DNA of 32,000 nt, from positions 60,001 through 92,000 of the forward strand of contig ACYB01000004.1 of NCBI GenBank assembly GCA_000175855.1. The letters are read 5' to 3'. Positions 29,226-32,000 of the stretch are shown here, in pieces. Each line of letters starts with the position of its first letter. Positions within the stretch are counted from its first letter, which is position 1. Made by a program: the position numbers and the translations under genes. This DNA comes from Raphidiopsis brookii D9. Lineage in GTDB: Bacteria; Cyanobacteriota; Cyanobacteriia; Cyanobacteriales; Nostocaceae. Below the pieces are notes generated by a model. That model saw only the letters and a program-made list of their open reading frames with translations, did not search any database and had not been told where the DNA came from.

Positions 29226-29726
29226 ATGACTACCGCATCTGCTTACTCCCTGAATGTTCCTGGACATCCTACTGGGCAAATCAGTAAAGAAGAATTGCGA
29301 TCGCTGCTTAAAGAAGTAGAATCTCAGCTGTATCATAGCCATGCTTACCGTGCGGTTGTGGATAAGGCACAGAAGCTATTTGATATATCTCATGAACAGC
29401 TGACCAATTTCAATAAGTTAATACAAGCCATTAGTAGAGAAGCGATCGCCCTAACTTTTGAGCGATTCGTCACCAAACAATCTGCTACCAGCACAGATAG
29501 TAGTAAAAATGATTCTGCTGATAGTACTAATAGTAATGAGATAAAAGAACTCAGCAATCAAACGGTTGAGGTATGTGAACAAGTTTTGGAAAATAGGTCC
29601 CAGCCAAATGATCCGGAGCCAACAGCAAAAAAACAGCAAAAATCAGATAGGGTGAAAGGTGAAAACGAACCAGATCCAACGAAAAAAACTCAAAAGCTGG
29701 CCATGGAAAAATCAAAAACCTTCTAA
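29226..29726 (+). CDS. Conserved-looking hypothetical protein with low-complexity Ser/Asn/Lys-rich tail
   Basis: 166 aa. N-terminal alpha-helical block PTGQISKEELRSLLKEVESQLYHSHAYRAVVDKAQKLF, then a low-complexity tail overlapping the next ORF by 68 bp. Confidence 0.6.
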   Translation: MTTASAYSLNVPGHPTGQISKEELRSLLKEVESQLYHSHAYRAVVDKAQKLFDISHEQLTNFNKLIQAISREAIALTFERFVTKQSATSTDSSKNDSADSTNSNEIKELSNQTVEVCEQVLENRSQPNDPEPTAKKQQKSDRVKGENEPDPTKKTQKLAMEKSKTF

Positions 29727-30312
29727 AAGTCGACTAGCTGCAAAAAAGGCGGAGGAAGAGAGATTAGAATCCTTACGTCAAATAGGTGAACAACTGAAAA
29801 AAGCCAGGGAATCTCAAGGATTAACCCTACACAAACTAACTATGTATACTTATATATCACCAAATCAAATGGCAGCAGTAGAAAATGGGGATATGGAAAA
29901 ATTACCCGAAGATGTGTTGCTTCGTGGCTTTATTAGAATTATGGGCAATGCTTTAGGACTAAATGGAGCTGATTTGGCTAATTCTTTACCGGTTAGGAAT
30001 GAGTGCAAATCCATTTTGCCGTCTTGGTATAAAAATCAAAGGCCTTCTCGATCATTGAGTATAGAACTTAGTCCCACTCACTTATATTTGGGGTACACAG
30101 CTCTTGTAGCTGGTGCTGTAAGTGGGTTATCCATGATGTACGAACAGGCAAATAATCAAGGTATCAAAAACTTCCAGTCAACAACTCCATGTTTGTCATC
30201 ACTATGTGGGTCAGATGAAAAAGCGACAAATGTTAATGATCAAAGTACTATGCAGCATGGTAGAGTAGGGAACTCTTTCGGTCCTCAAATTTCCCCGCCT
30301 GAGGCGCTATAA
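29659..30312 (+). CDS. RodZ-like helix-turn-helix (HTH_25-type) membrane protein
   Basis: LRQIGEQLKKARESQGLTLHKLTMYTYISPNQMAAVENGDMEKLPEDVLLRGFIRIMGNALGLNG, followed by the hydrophobic segment YLGYTALVAGAVSGLSMMY. Track start is GTG. The true N-terminus is uncertain. Confidence 0.7.
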   Translation: MKTNQIQRKKLKSWPWKNQKPSKSRLAAKKAEEERLESLRQIGEQLKKARESQGLTLHKLTMYTYISPNQMAAVENGDMEKLPEDVLLRGFIRIMGNALGLNGADLANSLPVRNECKSILPSWYKNQRPSRSLSIELSPTHLYLGYTALVAGAVSGLSMMYEQANNQGIKNFQSTTPCLSSLCGSDEKATNVNDQSTMQHGRVGNSFGPQISPPEAL

Positions 30313-30328
30313 AAACTACCAAGAACAT

Positions 30329-31021
30329 TTGAAAGCCATATTCATGAACAGTGATACCCAACTAAGTCTATTTAACCAATCAGTCCTTGAGCAAAAAGGA
30401 CTGATTTATACTGATGCTAAAATTCCCATTCCCATGGGAACCTATATAAATATCAACGAGCTAACACTCCACTGTGAAAATTGCCATCGGTGTGGACTGG
30501 GTAAAACTCGCACTCATGCAGTGGTAGGAAGGGGAAACCCCCAAGCGAAAATCATGATTATTGGTGAAGCACCAGGACAACACGAAGATGAAACTGGGTT
30601 ACCATTTGTAGGTAAATCTGGACAATTGTTAGATAAAATTCTAGCATCCGTGAATTTGACCACAGAGCAGGATGTGTATATATGCAACATTGTCAAATGT
30701 CGTCCACCGGAAAACCGAGTTCCCACTTCAGAAGAAAGTAACGCTTGTAGACCCTACCTATTAGAACAAATCCGTCTGGTTGATCCAAAAATCATTTTAC
30801 TAACAGGTGCCACTGCTGTAAAAGGAGTTACAGGTAACAAGCTGCCAATTACGAAAATTCGCGGGCAGTGGTTAGAATGGGAGGGACGCTTATGTATGCC
30901 CATTTTTCACCCCTCCTATCTCTTACGTAACTCTGCCAAAGGGCAAGGATCCCCCAAGTGGTTAATGTGGCAGGATATACAAGAAATTAGAAACAGATAT
31001 GATCAAATATCAAGCAGTTAA
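30329..31021 (+). CDS. Uracil-DNA glycosylase, family 4/5-like (Fe-S type)
   Basis: HCENCHRCGLGKTRTHAVVGRGNPQAKIMIIGEAPGQHEDETGLPFVGKSGQLLDKIL, CNIVKCRPPENRVP, MPIFHPSYLLR. The start may be the internal MNSDTQ. Confidence 0.92.
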   Translation: MKAIFMNSDTQLSLFNQSVLEQKGLIYTDAKIPIPMGTYININELTLHCENCHRCGLGKTRTHAVVGRGNPQAKIMIIGEAPGQHEDETGLPFVGKSGQLLDKILASVNLTTEQDVYICNIVKCRPPENRVPTSEESNACRPYLLEQIRLVDPKIILLTGATAVKGVTGNKLPITKIRGQWLEWEGRLCMPIFHPSYLLRNSAKGQGSPKWLMWQDIQEIRNRYDQISSS

Positions 31022-31029
31022 CTGTAAGG

Positions 31030-32000
31030 TCAAGATAACACAGTCCCTACCAGCTGGGCCAAACGTTTGGCAGCGCCACTTTCACCCCTAGTTGTTAGCA
31101 ATTGGTGTTTCATTTGAGCCAATTTGAGGGGATTTTCTAATAGGTTTAAAACCATTTCTCCCACTGCGTGAGGTGCCAATTTACCAACCAATTCTGGGAC
31201 AATTTCTCGCCCCGCCCAAATATTAGGCCAGGCCAGTAAACCTTTATTTCTGAGGAACCACCAATTAATCAATTTTGCCAAACTGGAACCCACAACAGGT
31301 AAATTTGCCAGAATTCCTGGTAGACCATCCCAAGAGCGCATGGCATCCAATTGTTGGGTAGGTAATAACACAATCATTGGTACACCCAAAGCTCCCAGTT
31401 CAGCAGTGTTTGCTCCCACCGTAGTCAGACAAATGGCACAGGAAGATAACAAATGATAAGCGGGGTTTTCCTGAGTCAATTCTACCATCAAACCCCCAGA
31501 AGTTTCTAGGTAGTTATCCTTTAAGTATGCACCTTGAAAACCAAAGGATTGGGCAAACTTGTTTTTTTGAGGATTGGCAAAACTGGCCAAAGTCAGTAAA
31601 TTTAGAGTGGGTGCTACAGGTATAAAAAACTTGGTATGAGGTCTTTTAGCATAAATATATTCGGCTATAGCTAATTCTAGGGGCACACCCTGAATCAACT
31701 TAGCAGGTTTGGATCCAGGTAAAAGTCCAACTAACTCCCTTCCAGATTCTAAACTAGGAGATTGTGAAGTTACATAATCCTTATTAGCAGCTTCTAACAT
31801 CAAGTCACCCACAACATGAAACTTATGGATGTGCTTAGGTGAAACATTTTTCATCCCCTGAGGGTTCATAACGGCAAAACAGTCAATTAAATTATGCCAT
31901 CTGGCTTCCCACTCCGCATAAACTAGGGTTTTGTATCCCAACTTTCTGCCAATAATCACAGGGAAAACCTGATCTCCCCCCAAAAATATCACCACACCTT
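31030..32000 (-). CDS. Lipid-A-disaccharide synthase-related (LpxB-like) protein, 5' end outside window
   Basis: FLGGDQVFPVIIGRKLGYKTLVYAEW, VGDLMLEAA, GLLPGSKPAKL, LSSCAICLTTVGANTAELGALGVPMIVLLPTQQ. The frame stays open to the window edge. Confidence 0.75.
   Translation of the reverse strand, partial: GVVIFLGGDQVFPVIIGRKLGYKTLVYAEWEARWHNLIDCFAVMNPQGMKNVSPKHIHKFHVVGDLMLEAANKDYVTSQSPSLESGRELVGLLPGSKPAKLIQGVPLELAIAEYIYAKRPHTKFFIPVAPTLNLLTLASFANPQKNKFAQSFGFQGAYLKDNYLETSGGLMVELTQENPAYHLLSSCAICLTTVGANTAELGALGVPMIVLLPTQQLDAMRSWDGLPGILANLPVVGSSLAKLINWWFLRNKGLLAWPNIWAGREIVPELVGKLAPHAVGEMVLNLLENPLKLAQMKHQLLTTRGESGAAKRLAQLVGTVLS

Larger units (their letters stand above)
2079..29449. repeat. HIP1 palindromes (GCGATCGC), at least ten copies
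   Basis: Found at about 2079, 8954, 15415, 16929, 25395, 26618, 28299, 28467, 29297 and 29442. Confidence 0.85.

Noticed and set aside
1-32000. CRISPR arrays, transposons, retroelements, tRNA/rRNA genes
   Set aside because: I looked for regularly spaced repeats, transposase or reverse transcriptase motifs, terminal inverted repeats and tRNA-like T-loops by eye and found none credible. A computational scan would be needed to be certain.

Overview
AT-rich cyanobacterial chromosomal window, probably from a heterocyst-forming Nostocales member (inference from gene families and HIP1 palindromes). Housekeeping genes flank a central lipid/polyketide locus. Left side: 3' end of transketolase, a three-domain QueD/PTPS-like protein, and an L,D-transpeptidase. 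Centre, minus strand (about 2.8-17.9 kb): a PUFA-synthase/heterocyst-glycolipid-like type I PKS (KS-AT-ACP-ACP-KR-DH), a PfaB-like degenerate-KS/AT protein, a PfaD-like enoyl reductase, a condensation-like acyltransferase (HHAIADG), a stand-alone ACP, and a TubC-docking-domain protein whose large C-terminal region I do not recognise. An intrinsic-terminator-like hairpin plus T8 lies between the ACP gene and the TubC-fusion gene. Divergent from the PKS block is a small HTH-like ORF followed by a DevBCA-type exporter. Right side: nagB, a small DUF6881-like protein, a frameshifted radC, an RNase II/R-family gene, rpsR, rpmG, gatA, a conserved hypothetical overlapping a RodZ-like HTH protein, a family 4/5-type uracil-DNA glycosylase, and an LpxB-like protein running off the window. 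I found no CRISPR array, transposase, tRNA or rRNA. The best candidate for an under-described system is the PfaA/B/D-like locus combined with the condensation enzyme, ACP, unknown TubC protein and linked exporter.
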